Assembly (NCBI GenBank): GCA_964543815.1
Contig: CAZIZG010000001.1
Coordinates: 39,828-103,827, forward strand
Direction: 5' to 3'
DNA from: an uncultured Bdellovibrionales bacterium
Lineage (GTDB): Bacteria > Patescibacteriota > Minisyncoccia > Moranbacterales > UBA1568
DNA: 64,000 bases
In this document: positions 1 through 9,673 of the stretch, one piece after another
Layout: each line of letters begins with the position of its first letter
How positions within the stretch are numbered: the first letter of the stretch is position 1
The notes under the pieces: model-generated
The model's database searches: none
The model's input: only the letters and a program-made list of their open reading frames with translations
What the model was told of the DNA's origin: nothing
Position numbers and translations under genes: made by a program

Positions 1-39
1 AACAATTGGTGATATAATGGGGAAAATAATGATACTTTT

Positions 40-342
40 ATGGAAAAACAACCGCAATCTAGCGAACAATCAGTACAGATCAAAGCGAGCGACGAGAAAC
101 TCAAAGGGGAATACGCCAACCTGATGCGGGTTCATCACACCAAGGAAGAGTTTGTTATGGATTTCATCAATCTTTTCGAGCAGTTTGGCACCCTTAATGC
201 CCGCATCATCGTCAGTCCCGGCCACATGAAACGCATGATTACAGCATTGGCGGAAAACATTGCCCGATACGAAACGCATTTCGGTAGCGTCGAACCATCG
301 GAAGCACCGTCTCACAAAATCGGATTTGAAAGTAAAGAATAA
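40..342 (+). CDS. DUF3467-like small hypothetical protein
   Basis: 100-aa ORF. The motif 'ANLMRVHHTKEEFVMDF' resembles the DUF3467 core. TAA stop at 340-342. Confidence 0.45.
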   Translation: MEKQPQSSEQSVQIKASDEKLKGEYANLMRVHHTKEEFVMDFINLFEQFGTLNARIIVSPGHMKRMITALAENIARYETHFGSVEPSEAPSHKIGFESKE

Positions 343-372
343 AAAAAGAGACTGATAAGTCTCTTGTCAGGA
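343..372 (-). terminator. Rho-independent terminator for the minus-strand gene 393..740
   Basis: Hairpin AGAGACT/AGTCTCT at 347-364. On the minus strand it is followed by a T-run (complement of the A-run at 341-347). Confidence 0.4.
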
Positions 373-392
373 CCGAGGCGCCTCGTCCTTAC

Positions 393-740
393 TTACTTTG
401 ATTTCGGTGATAGAGGCACAAACCTGATACCATCCTCCATGAGGACAATCTGACGGATTTCCGTGTTATCGTCACAAAGATTACCTCGACTGGAGTCAGA
501 GATGAACATCTTGGCCTTCCCTTCTGTAGCAAAGGTTTTGAGCCGCGGCCAATAACGCTCATCATCAGGATTCGGGTCGAGAGGGTTTTTTGCAGGAACC
601 TTCTCGAAGAGCGCTTTTTCTTTAAGCAGGAAGGCTCTCTCTAAGCTCCCCCAGCGGCAAACATCGTAGGGATAGGCAAGGAGCCAGGGAGCATCTGGAT
701 GCATACTCCGGTAGAGCACGAAACCTTGGTATTCATTCAT
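393..740 (-). CDS. hypothetical protein
   Basis: 115-aa ORF with no recognisable motif. Confidence 0.4.
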   Translation of the reverse strand: MNEYQGFVLYRSMHPDAPWLLAYPYDVCRWGSLERAFLLKEKALFEKVPAKNPLDPNPDDERYWPRLKTFATEGKAKMFISDSSRGNLCDDNTEIRQIVLMEDGIRFVPLSPKSK

Positions 741-854
741 GGCTTACTCCAGCGTAAAAGGACCATTCCAATGGAATTACCTTGGCACAATATTTTTTGT
801 TCGTCAAATGACTTTTAGAAAGAAGGGTCTTAAAAAATATGATAAAATAAATCT

Positions 855-1433
855 ATGAGAAACATCCTTCTCGCTGCTATTATTCTCTATATCTTTTCGC
901 TTGTTCTCCCGGTGATGGTTTACCGACCGGATACTCTCGACAATGAAAAGTACGGGTTCTGCTCACTGGCTACCCGTGATGAATACCGCTGCCTCAAGAA
1001 TGGTGCCGATTATTCCTGCGTTCGCATTGATTCGGGAACACCTGTTCGCTCGGATACGATGAGTCGTACTGACATCACGACTTACTGCGGGACCGGCTGG
1101 GACGAACCCGAAGCCCGCCAGGAGTCTGGCTGGGTTGCCCTCACCACTCACTGGCGATTTTTTCAGGCCGGCCTCTTTAGCTGGTATGCTCATGTCTTTC
1201 TTCTTTTGTCTTTCCTCTTTGCCGGGTATCACAAACCACGCTCTGCTGCCGCATCAGCTCTTTCCGCTCTGGTCCTCACCGCAACCGCTTTTCTTGTAAC
1301 ACGTCTACCGCGAATGGGCGGGGGAAGCGATCTCGTCGTTGACCATCTCGGTATCGGATATTTCGTCTGGGTGACAGCAATCGCCCTTTTTGCGTGGTAT
1401 CATATAACCAATCTGTTTAAAAAAGTAAACTAA
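855..1433 (+). CDS. hypothetical membrane protein
   Basis: 192 aa. N-terminal hydrophobic helix, further TM segments and a Cys-rich loop. Confidence 0.5.
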   Translation: MRNILLAAIILYIFSLVLPVMVYRPDTLDNEKYGFCSLATRDEYRCLKNGADYSCVRIDSGTPVRSDTMSRTDITTYCGTGWDEPEARQESGWVALTTHWRFFQAGLFSWYAHVFLLLSFLFAGYHKPRSAAASALSALVLTATAFLVTRLPRMGGGSDLVVDHLGIGYFVWVTAIALFAWYHITNLFKKVN

Positions 1434-1448
1434 TTTATTTCTTGTCCT

Positions 1449-2396
1449 ATGGAGTATCTCACGCGTCTCAAGCAACTCATCGTTCGACCCGAATTTTTCA
1501 CTACCCACCAATTTCTTTTTCGGTCTGGAGTCAAATTCTATGCCATGCTCCTTCTCATCTTTATCGCTGCCAAAGTAGTGTTGGCGCTTCCAGCCGTTGT
1601 AACGTTTTTTCAGACTGTTTTTTCTGAAGAATGGCACAAACAACAAAGTATCATTACCGAGCTTTATCCCGCTGAGCTCGTTCTCACAGTAAATGATGGA
1701 GTTATTTCAACCAATGTCTCCGAGCCGTATGCCATTGCGTTACCAGGGGAATGGCAAGAACAGAATTATCAGGAGACAGCAAAAAACCTTATCGTTATCG
1801 ATACCACCAAGCCTATTGATACGGGGGATTTCGCAGCCAAAGACACGATTCTCATTCTCAGTAAATACGGTTTTGGTTATCATGACCCGGCCAAAGGAGA
1901 GTTCCGCATCTATGACCTCAGGGACAAGAATTGGCATGAGAATTTTACTCTGACCCAATCAATATTCTCTGAGTTCGTCACTAAGGTCGGCTCGATGATA
2001 AAGTGGCTCCTGTTTGCTGGCTGTGCCATACTTCCGTTTTTTCTCTACGCTCTTTTCTTTGTGCTCTATCTCATCTATCTTCTCTTTGGAGCAATGATTG
2101 TCTGGTTGGGAGCGAAGCTTCGTGGTCATCAGTTGACCTATGGGCAAGCCTATAGCGCAGGATTCTATCTCCTCCCAGTGCCGTTTCTCTACGAATTTAT
2201 TTCATCCTTTGTGTTTACTGAACCAAACTCTGGTATACCATTTGCGTTCACCCTCATTCTGTTGGTCATGACCCTCGTTAACTTTCCAAAAAAACCCGCT
2301 ACTCCCGCTATCGCATCAGAGACATCTACTGTAACAGCCGTAGATACTCCAGTCGCCAGTGTGGCCTCAATCGAAAACCAGAGCGAGACAAAATAA
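1449..2396 (+). CDS. polytopic membrane protein (DUF1189-like, uncertain)
   Basis: 315 aa. Several hydrophobic segments flank a soluble central domain. Follows the previous gene by 15 nt. Confidence 0.45.
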   Translation: MEYLTRLKQLIVRPEFFTTHQFLFRSGVKFYAMLLLIFIAAKVVLALPAVVTFFQTVFSEEWHKQQSIITELYPAELVLTVNDGVISTNVSEPYAIALPGEWQEQNYQETAKNLIVIDTTKPIDTGDFAAKDTILILSKYGFGYHDPAKGEFRIYDLRDKNWHENFTLTQSIFSEFVTKVGSMIKWLLFAGCAILPFFLYALFFVLYLIYLLFGAMIVWLGAKLRGHQLTYGQAYSAGFYLLPVPFLYEFISSFVFTEPNSGIPFAFTLILLVMTLVNFPKKPATPAIASETSTVTAVDTPVASVASIENQSETK

Positions 2397-2432
2397 AAAC
2401 CTCGGCGATATTTTCGCAGAGGCAGCAACGAT

Positions 2433-2789
2433 TCAGGCGGCGACCAACTGCCTGAGCAACAGCACCGGCGTGAACACTAGACCCGGCTTGACTCCTTCGA
2501 AGTGATCAAAGGATCTGAAGTCACACCGGAACAGAGTTTGCCCCTTGTCGTTCATCTTGTGAACCAGACCGAGCTTGACGGTACCAGCGGTTGCAGACCC
2601 CTGGTACAGACCATGCGCTTCCAACTGGCCAGGAGCATTGAAGTAGAGGGCGTAGGTGCCCTGGTACAGGTGGGTTACCACGACCTGTTCAGCCGGGATA
2701 GGTAGGTCGTGCTGATCGAGCACAACCGCAAAGGCCGCCGCCGCATAACGGGCGACGTCACTCGTGGGGGATAGAGCTGTGATGCTCAT
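2433..2789 (-). CDS. hypothetical protein (GC-rich island)
   Basis: 118-aa ORF inside a block of about 60% GC. No motif recognised. Confidence 0.4.
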   Translation of the reverse strand: MSITALSPTSDVARYAAAAFAVVLDQHDLPIPAEQVVVTHLYQGTYALYFNAPGQLEAHGLYQGSATAGTVKLGLVHKMNDKGQTLFRCDFRSFDHFEGVKPGLVFTPVLLLRQLVAA

Positions 2790-2896
2790 GGTGCTTCTCC
2801 GCAGTTGATAAAGGGACTGGAATTTGATGCCTCCAGTATAGGCCGGAAAACCAGAATGTCAATATGGTAAAGAAAAAACCTGGCTGGCAATACCAG

Positions 2897-3523
2897 TCAG
2901 GTTAGGTGGTCTTCAGGAAAGAGCAGTTCTTGCCTGAGTGATCGGTAGAAGCACCGTGGTGCTTCTAGGTCATGAACACACGAATCCCCAGTGCCATCAT
3001 CGCCCTCTAGAACAAAGCAGAAGTCACGACTGGCCAAGAAATGACTGGCAATCCAGTTCTTGCCTGGAACCAAGGCTAGTGCTGAGCTGTGGCGAGCGGC
3101 CTTCATCTCCCGTACCGCCTCACGCATGAGAGCAGTGCCGAGACCTCGACGGCGAAACTGCTTAGCGACGTACACCCCCGTGAGAGCGACATCTTCTGGC
3201 GTGATAGCTCGCCACTCGAGTAGCCCTGCCAGGTGCTCCCGGCCGTTCTTGCTCATCACTCGAAGCCAGAGCACTCGTCTCGCCTGTTCGGCGAGATTGG
3301 TAGAGTCAAACGGCGCCGGAAATGTCGGGAGCTCATCACCCACACTGTGCGAACCTTCACGTGAGAGCTGATCCAGCCCGTACATGATGAGAGCAGCATC
3401 GGGGTGGTTGGTCCGAAGACGATTGAGAAAGGTCTCTTCGAGCCCGACGGGAATGACGTACGATTCGATGGTCATCCGTCGATAGTGTTCCGATGGCGGA
3501 CCACGATAAACGACGTTTTTCAT
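2897..3523 (-). CDS. GNAT family N-acetyltransferase
   Basis: Motif A 'VAKQFRRRGLGTALMREAV' (Q/R-x-x-G-x-G/A). AGGAGA lies 5 nt upstream of the ATG on the minus strand. Confidence 0.7.
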   Translation of the reverse strand: MKNVVYRGPPSEHYRRMTIESYVIPVGLEETFLNRLRTNHPDAALIMYGLDQLSREGSHSVGDELPTFPAPFDSTNLAEQARRVLWLRVMSKNGREHLAGLLEWRAITPEDVALTGVYVAKQFRRRGLGTALMREAVREMKAARHSSALALVPGKNWIASHFLASRDFCFVLEGDDGTGDSCVHDLEAPRCFYRSLRQELLFPEDHLT

Positions 3524-3687
3524 GAAATCTCCTGATCGCGATGCTCTCCTTGAGCAGCATCGTTGGTTGTAAAACTACTTCTCATTTCTCGGATTTGCTC
3601 AATACTTCAAGCTATCGTCGAAAGACTGTTATATCCTATATTTGTCCTATTGTCAAGGACCAAAAGCTATGGTAGAGTAGCAAAACT

Positions 3688-4032
3688 ATGGAAGAATTCA
3701 CTGAAAAATCAGATAAACGAGCGACTATCAAAGTCTGCCTCGAACCCAGCTGCTGCCGACAAGGGGCACAGAATGTCATGACCGCCCTCAAGCTTGGTTT
3801 TGCGCCCGAAGAGGCGGTGATTCTGCCGGCTTCCCGTTGTCTTTCCGGTTGTGGTATGGGACCAAATATCGCTGTCAACGATAATATCATCCGAAGAGTG
3901 ACACCCGTCTCTGTTGTTGAGACCGTCCGAACAGAACTGAACAATCCTTCCTGCAAAGCAGATGGTATAGGCTCACGCAGTATCGATGAACTCGAAAGTG
4001 TTCTCGATGATATCCTGCCTCTAGACAAATAG
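3688..4032 (+). CDS. thioredoxin-like [2Fe-2S] ferredoxin-domain protein
   Basis: Cys pattern 'CLEPSCC ... CLSGCGMGPN' matches the Cx4C...CxxxCxxGP signature of NuoE-like ferredoxins. Confidence 0.5.
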   Translation: MEEFTEKSDKRATIKVCLEPSCCRQGAQNVMTALKLGFAPEEAVILPASRCLSGCGMGPNIAVNDNIIRRVTPVSVVETVRTELNNPSCKADGIGSRSIDELESVLDDILPLDK

Positions 4033-4100
4033 CTTATTGTGTGATTTAATCTACCGTCGCAGATAAAACGACATCACCCTTCCTTAACAAGGAGACAGCT

Positions 4101-4868
4101 ATGGGAAGAATCGCAACGCTCGCCATTTTCACGGCTCTGGTCGTGAGCTATACCGCTGCAATCGGCCAAAAGCTCGATACTACGGACGCGCTCTGCGCGC
4201 TCAATCAAACAGCGCCGGATACCATGAATAAATTTTCGGTACCGTTTGGAGCGCAACATCAGAACGAGAAGGTCTGGCGTAAAACAGCGCCAGAGGACTT
4301 TCACGCGGTGCTCGCACTCATGCAGGCAGTGAGTGTCGCTCCCTGTCAGCTCCAGGCTGGCCAGGAAGCCAAGCTCTTCATCCGGGCCATCCGCCTCATT
4401 GAACGTAACCCCGAAACAGGGGATGAGGTGGTTGTCAGTGAGGTCACTGATTTCAGTCGGAAGAGTGGAGCCTTCCAATTCAAAGGAGAGCTCTTTCAGC
4501 GCTTTCCGCGATGGTACGAAGGGACCTCGGCACAACCAACGAGTGGGATGCTCTCACGAGATGAAGAGTCACTGGTTATCGATTTGGCCAAATCGCCTCT
4601 CACCATTTATCACGGCTGGACCGACCCCAAAGTAAAGGCCGTACCAGGGCGGTACTACCTGGTTGAGATGGAGGTCAAACTGACTGGCCTGGCTCGCCTT
4701 CAGATGGGTATCGACTACTGGCGCGAAATCAACTCGGCCTACAATACCTTTGATACACGGTGCCAGAAGAGTAACAACTGCGAAGGACACCTGTCCCACT
4801 GGTTCGGCCCCGCCAAAGATGGTGGCTGGCAAACCATCCGTACGCCGGATACTCTCAAGGGAAAATAG
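4101..4868 (+). CDS. secreted hypothetical protein
   Basis: N-terminal signal-peptide-like 'MGRIATLAIFTALVVSYTAAIG'. 255 aa, no known motif. Confidence 0.5.
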   Translation: MGRIATLAIFTALVVSYTAAIGQKLDTTDALCALNQTAPDTMNKFSVPFGAQHQNEKVWRKTAPEDFHAVLALMQAVSVAPCQLQAGQEAKLFIRAIRLIERNPETGDEVVVSEVTDFSRKSGAFQFKGELFQRFPRWYEGTSAQPTSGMLSRDEESLVIDLAKSPLTIYHGWTDPKVKAVPGRYYLVEMEVKLTGLARLQMGIDYWREINSAYNTFDTRCQKSNNCEGHLSHWFGPAKDGGWQTIRTPDTLKGK

Positions 4869-5353
4869 CTTCCCTATCCTTTCAAGCGCTTCTCACGAGG
4901 CGCTTTTTTCTTTGCCCTACATAATTCACTCATTCACTGGTGACGAAACACTCGGGGTAAAAACACAGGGATTGTCAAAGATAGGGGAAATATGGTACGG
5001 TACCACCTTAACCCCTCACCCCTATGACTCTGCCACACTGGCTCACAAAAGGAATCGCTTCGCTCCATACGATATCGATCAACATGGTTCGTCACGAATA
5101 TACTCCCCGAGGACTGGCTTTGCTTTTTATCGGGGCACTCTGTACCGGAGCATTCATCAAATTGCTCGTTCATGACAGGATCACTATGGGCTATGATGAC
5201 TATACTCTCTCACGTGACAAGACCATACTCGACCTCAATATCATTCAAAAACAACTCATCCATGAAGGAGGAACTCTTGCCACGGACAAAGCAGACACCC
5301 CAAACGGCCCCTCTTGTTCCGAGGATCGGCCCTAACTCCCAGAACTCACTCCT

Positions 5354-6397
5354 ATGACTACCATTGAAGAAACGAATAACGAAGTTACTACTTCTCAAAC
5401 CAGGAAGCAGAACCTCCTGGCTCTCTCCATCCTCCTTGGTGGATTGTTCATCGGTAGTCTGTTTGTTGATTTCGTCCAACTCCTGCGCGGCGAGGGTTTT
5501 TCTTCTTGGGCCACTCAAACACATACCGTACTTGAGGCAGCCGGCAAAACCTGGGTGGGATACAGTGACCCCAAGGTGTCGCTTCAGGTGCTCACTGATA
5601 AAAACTGTACCACTTGTGACCCGAATGAAGCGCTCGTCTGGCTCCGACGCGTCATCCCAACGCTTGAAGCCACCCGAGTTGATATAAGTGATTCTTACGG
5701 TCAGACACTCGCCGAACGCTTCGGCGTAGTAACCCTGCCGGCCTTCATTTTTTCCAAAGATATCCTCCATACTGATTTCTATTCTCAGGCATCAAGCCTG
5801 TTTGTCGGCAATGAAGGTCGCTACTTTTTTGATATGAGTAAAATCGGTTTACCCGCAGGGCGGTACCTCAAGCAACCAGTAATCGATGAACATACTATCG
5901 TAAGCGGCCCGGAAAAAGCCAGACTCACCATCGTAGAATTTTCGGATTTCGAATGCTCCTATTGCGCCACGCTCCATCGTAACCTCAAAGAAGCAGTTCG
6001 CTCCTACAAAGATGAACTCCGTGTTGTCTATAAACACTTCCCGCTTTCGTCTCATGCCCAGGCAACCAATGCCGCTCTCGCCGCCGAGTGTGCTCATGCT
6101 CAAGGCAAGTTCGATCTCTACGCAGACTACCTTTTTTCCAAGCAGGCAGAGTGGAGCAAAGTAAAAGGCACACAAAAATTCAAAGACTATGCCTGGTGGC
6201 TCAAACTCGACGGCCGAGCCTTTAGTGCCTGTCTGGAAAGCGGTGAGTACCTCGAGCAAATATCTCGCAATAAAGAGGAGGGGACCAACCTCCTTCTCAC
6301 GAGTACCCCAAGTACCTTTATCGGTGGTACACTCCTCGATGGCGCCGTAAGCACGCAAGTAATCAGGGATATCATCGATCAGGAGCTGGCTAAGTGA
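5354..6397 (+). CDS. DsbA-family thiol:disulfide oxidoreductase, membrane-anchored
   Basis: N-terminal TM helix. Thioredoxin-fold active site 'FSDFECSYCATLH' (CxxC = CSYC), followed by a conserved cis-Pro region. Confidence 0.75.
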   Translation: MTTIEETNNEVTTSQTRKQNLLALSILLGGLFIGSLFVDFVQLLRGEGFSSWATQTHTVLEAAGKTWVGYSDPKVSLQVLTDKNCTTCDPNEALVWLRRVIPTLEATRVDISDSYGQTLAERFGVVTLPAFIFSKDILHTDFYSQASSLFVGNEGRYFFDMSKIGLPAGRYLKQPVIDEHTIVSGPEKARLTIVEFSDFECSYCATLHRNLKEAVRSYKDELRVVYKHFPLSSHAQATNAALAAECAHAQGKFDLYADYLFSKQAEWSKVKGTQKFKDYAWWLKLDGRAFSACLESGEYLEQISRNKEEGTNLLLTSTPSTFIGGTLLDGAVSTQVIRDIIDQELAK

Positions 6398-6406
6398 CCA
6401 TAAAAA

Positions 6407-6436
6407 AACACCCCGATTTGCTCAGGGTGTTTTATA
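6407..6436 (+). terminator. Rho-independent terminator after the dsbA-like gene
   Basis: Stem ACACCC / GGGTGT with an 11-nt loop, followed by TTTTATATT. Confidence 0.5.
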
Positions 6437-6505
6437 TTGGAGCCGATAACGGGGTTCCTACCCATCAACAGAGAAGAAACCAGGAATAAAACTTTATTTT
6501 TTGAG

Positions 6506-6578
6506 AGCCGTCTCGGAGGATCGAACTCCGGACCTTGGCGTTACGAATGCCACGCTCTACCAACTGAGCTAAGACGGC
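6506..6578 (-). tRNA. tRNA-Thr (anticodon CGT)
   Basis: Minus-strand cloverleaf with a 7-bp acceptor stem (GCCGTCT/AGACGGC). D-arm GCTCAGTTGGTAGAGC, T-arm CGGAG-TTCGATC-CTCCG. Anticodon loop TTCGTAA has U33 and A37. One A31-C39 mismatch. Confidence 0.8.
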
Positions 6579-6741
6579 TCTCAAAAAATAACTGACGCGT
6601 GCAGTTTATCCACCTTTGGTGGAAGTGCGCCGCTCTACCTCCGCCAGCTGGCGGAATGAGCTCCATCGGCACTCTGGAAATTCTATACTACTCGTAAAAA
6701 AGATTCAAGGGAGGGCAGAAATATGCTATACTCTACATCGT

Positions 6742-7834
6742 ATGACTGACACGATTGAACGTATCGAAGTTCTTCAACAAAAACTCCTGCAATTGCAGGA
6801 CTATCTTTGACTTCGCCAAAAAAGAGGTGAGGCGAGAAGAGCTCAAGCAGGCCAGTGTGGATCCGCGTTTTTGGGATGACCCCAAAAAAGCCGGCCGAGT
6901 GATGCAGGAAATCGAAACCATCGAACGAGAGCGGCAATCGTTTGAAACACTCAAAAACTCGTTAAGTGATTTACGCGGTTTCGCCACGGAAGCAACGGAT
7001 GCGGCAACCGAAAATTTCCTTTTAGAAGAACTCTCCGGCGCTGAAACCGCCATCCACGACTGGGAGTTTCGCACCCTGCTCGGCGGTGACTATGATAATG
7101 CCTCAGCCCTGGTCACTCTTCGAAGCGGTGCTGGTGGCGTCGATGCTCAGGACTGGGCAGAGATGCTCATGCGCATGTATCTCCGTTATGCCGAACGGAA
7201 AGGATTCAAGGCTAGCGTTATCGATGAGACACGTGGGGCCGAAGCCGGCATCAAGAGTGTGACGCTTGAAATTGATGGTGTCTACGCCTATGGCTACCTG
7301 CGGGGGGAAGCTGGGATTCACCGCCTGGTACGCTTGTCTCCCTATAATGCCAACAGCCTGCGTCAAACCTCGTTTTCTTCAGTCGAGGTTATGCCGGTTA
7401 TCGAAAATGATGATACGACTATCGTTCTCAAACCCGAAGACTTACGCATTGATACCTATCGCTCCTCGGGAGCAGGAGGGCAAAATGTCAACAAAACTGA
7501 GAGCGCTGTCCGGATTACGCACCTCGCTACCAATACGGTCGTCGCCTGTCAGACGGAGCGTTCACAGCTCCAAAACCGTGAACAGGCGATGCGACTCCTT
7601 CGCTCCAAGCTCCTCCAGCAAAAACTAGAAGCAGAAGCAGAGGAGAAACGAAAGCTCCGCGGGGAATACAAAAGTGCTGAATGGGGCAATCAAATCCGCT
7701 CCTATGTCCTTCATCCCTACACTATGGTCAAAGATCATCGTACCAATACCGAAACCAGTGATACCGCCAAGGTTCTCGACGGCTCGCTCGATGAGTTCAT
7801 CGAAAGCACTCTCCGTTATCTCAAATCAAAATAA
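6742..7834 (+). CDS. prfB: peptide chain release factor 2 with programmed +1 frameshift
   Basis: Frame-0 'MTDTIERIEVLQQKLLQLQDYL' ends at TGA 6808-6810 within 'TAT CTT TGA C'. The +1 frame continues 'DFAKKEV...' and carries RF2 hallmarks (GGQ in 'SGAGGQNVNK', SPF-like 'SPYNAN'). The shift context matches E. coli prfB. Confidence 0.85.
6805..6811 (+). other. prfB +1 frameshift site CTT TGA C
   Basis: A CUU slippery codon, in-frame UGA and 3' C. SD-like AGGA lies 5 nt upstream (CAGGAC TAT CTT TGA C). Confidence 0.8.
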
Positions 7835-7858
7835 CATAAACCATCTTTTCATATATCT

Positions 7859-8560
7859 ATGCCCGAACAGAAGCCCATAATCCGTTTTGAAAATGTGAGC
7901 AAAATATACGGAGCTGATACCACGGTTTTGAAGGGGGTCAACCTCGTCATTTATCCCGGCGAATTCCTCTCACTGGTGGGGGCTAGTGGCGCTGGCAAAT
8001 CAACACTCCTCAAGCTCATCTATGCCGAGGAAGATCCGACTGAGGGTGAAGTATATTTCAACGAGCGACCCCTCAGCCATATCAATCGCAAACACCTCCC
8101 TTTTTATCGACGTAACATTGGTACGGTTTTTCAGGATTTCAAGCTCCTCCCACAAAAAACAGCCTTCGAAAACGTCGCCTACGCCCTCGAAGTAGATGGT
8201 CGCAGCCAGGAAGAAATCGATGCCGAGGTGCCGGAGATTTTGGAAATCGTAGGACTCGGAGACAAGATGGACAAATTTCCGAACCAGCTCTCAGGTGGAG
8301 AGCAGCAGCGGGTGTCACTGGCTCGTGCCCTCATCCATCGTCCCAAGGTTATTATCGCTGATGAACCGACTGGTAACCTCGACCCGCTTTCTTCAAACGA
8401 AATCATTCGTCTCCTGCTTGAGATCAACTCATTCGGTACTACCGTCATCCTCGCGACTCACAACAAAGGGGTTGTCGATAAACTCGGTAAACGCGTGATA
8501 TTCATCGGCGAACATCATATCGCCCAGGATCAGAGCAAAGGAAAATATATGTTACAATAA
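7859..8560 (+). CDS. ftsE: cell-division ABC transporter ATP-binding protein FtsE
   Basis: Walker A 'GASGAGKST', ABC signature 'LSGGEQQR', Walker B '[11 protein letters not shown]'. Confidence 0.9.
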   Translation: MPEQKPIIRFENVSKIYGADTTVLKGVNLVIYPGEFLSLVGASGAGKSTLLKLIYAEEDPTEGEVYFNERPLSHINRKHLPFYRRNIGTVFQDFKLLPQKTAFENVAYALEVDGRSQEEIDAEVPEILEIVGLGDKMDKFPNQLSGGEQQRVSLARALIHRPKVIIADEPTGNLDPLSSNEIIRLLLEINSFGTTVILATHNKGVVDKLGKRVIFIGEHHIAQDQSKGKYMLQ

Positions 8561-8594
8561 ACATATCATTCACTTCGTGAGATAACAGAGCAAC

Positions 8595-9509
8595 ATGAAA
8601 ACTCTCAAACTGTGGCGCACATTCAAAGAAGGGTGGCAGAACTTCCGCCGTAATGGTTGGCTGTCTTTTGCAACGGTGAGCATCCTCACCCTCTCACTCT
8701 TTATCGTCGGTCTCTCGACACTGATCGGACTGACTACTCACTACATGCTTCAAACCATGCGGGACAAAGTGAGCGTCAACGTTTCTTTCAATCCTGATGT
8801 CCCAGAACCTCGTATTCTCGAAATTCGTGATGAGCTCGCCAAGTATAAAAAAGAAATTGCCTCTGTCGAATACGTCTCTCGCGATGCGGCGCTCGATACC
8901 TTTCTCGAAGAAAATAAAGCCAATCCAGTCATTGTTCAGGCCGTTGAGGAGATAGGGGACAACCCGCTTCTCGCATCACTCGTGATCAAAGCTGTTCAAC
9001 CGGAGTATTTCGAAGTTATCGTCAATCAAATCCAGCGCTCAACCTTCCAGAGTGACATCAGTCGCATCAATTACGACAAAAACAAAAAGATTTTTGCCAA
9101 CCTCGACCATATCAATAAAACAACCCAAAAAGTCGGGTTGATTCTCGGACTTGCTTTTATTTTCATTGCAGTCCTGATCACCTTCAACACCATCCGCATC
9201 ACTATTTATTCTCACCGTCAGGAGTTCGAAATCATGCGTCTCGTCGGAGCCTCAAATATCTACGTTCGCATGCCATTTCTCTTTGAGGGGATTTTCTATG
9301 GTGTTTCGGCAGCAATTGCAACCGCTCTTGCCCTCTTCGTAGCCGCCTACTTCATCTCGCCACTCACCCAGGGAGCTATCCCGCAGGGGAATTTCCTTGG
9401 ACTCTATACCAGTTTCTTCCTTCCTGTTTTTGGTGGACTTCTCATCCTCGGTGTCACTCTGGGAGTACTCTCAAGCACTATTGCCATCAGACGATACCTC
9501 AGGGTCTAA
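8595..9509 (+). CDS. ftsX: cell-division permease FtsX
   Basis: One N-terminal TM, a large periplasmic loop, then three C-terminal TMs. Follows ftsE. Confidence 0.8.
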   Translation: MKTLKLWRTFKEGWQNFRRNGWLSFATVSILTLSLFIVGLSTLIGLTTHYMLQTMRDKVSVNVSFNPDVPEPRILEIRDELAKYKKEIASVEYVSRDAALDTFLEENKANPVIVQAVEEIGDNPLLASLVIKAVQPEYFEVIVNQIQRSTFQSDISRINYDKNKKIFANLDHINKTTQKVGLILGLAFIFIAVLITFNTIRITIYSHRQEFEIMRLVGASNIYVRMPFLFEGIFYGVSAAIATALALFVAAYFISPLTQGAIPQGNFLGLYTSFFLPVFGGLLILGVTLGVLSSTIAIRRYLRV

Positions 9510-9565
9510 TCTTGACTGAGAGGGCTATTTTGGATAGGATGAAGTGGCGCTATAAAGCGTCAAAT

Positions 9566-9636
9566 TGGGGCGTGGCCAAGCGGTAAGGCAATGGGTTCTG
9601 GTCCCATGACCCTAGGTTCGAATCCTAGCGCCCCAG
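9566..9636 (+). tRNA. tRNA-Gln (anticodon CTG)
   Basis: U1-A72 acceptor pair (typical for tRNA-Gln), 3-bp D-stem, anticodon loop TTCTGGT, T-arm CTAGG-TTCGAAT-CCTAG. Discriminator G at 9636. CCA is not encoded. Confidence 0.8.
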
Positions 9637-9673
9637 CAAATACTTTAAGCACTCGAAAGGGTGCTTTTGTGTT

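Noticed and set aside
3636-4028. 130-aa minus-strand ORF antisense to the ferredoxin-like gene
   Set aside because: It lies entirely inside a better-supported plus-strand gene, has no SD and no recognisable motif. It is a GC-rich frame artefact.
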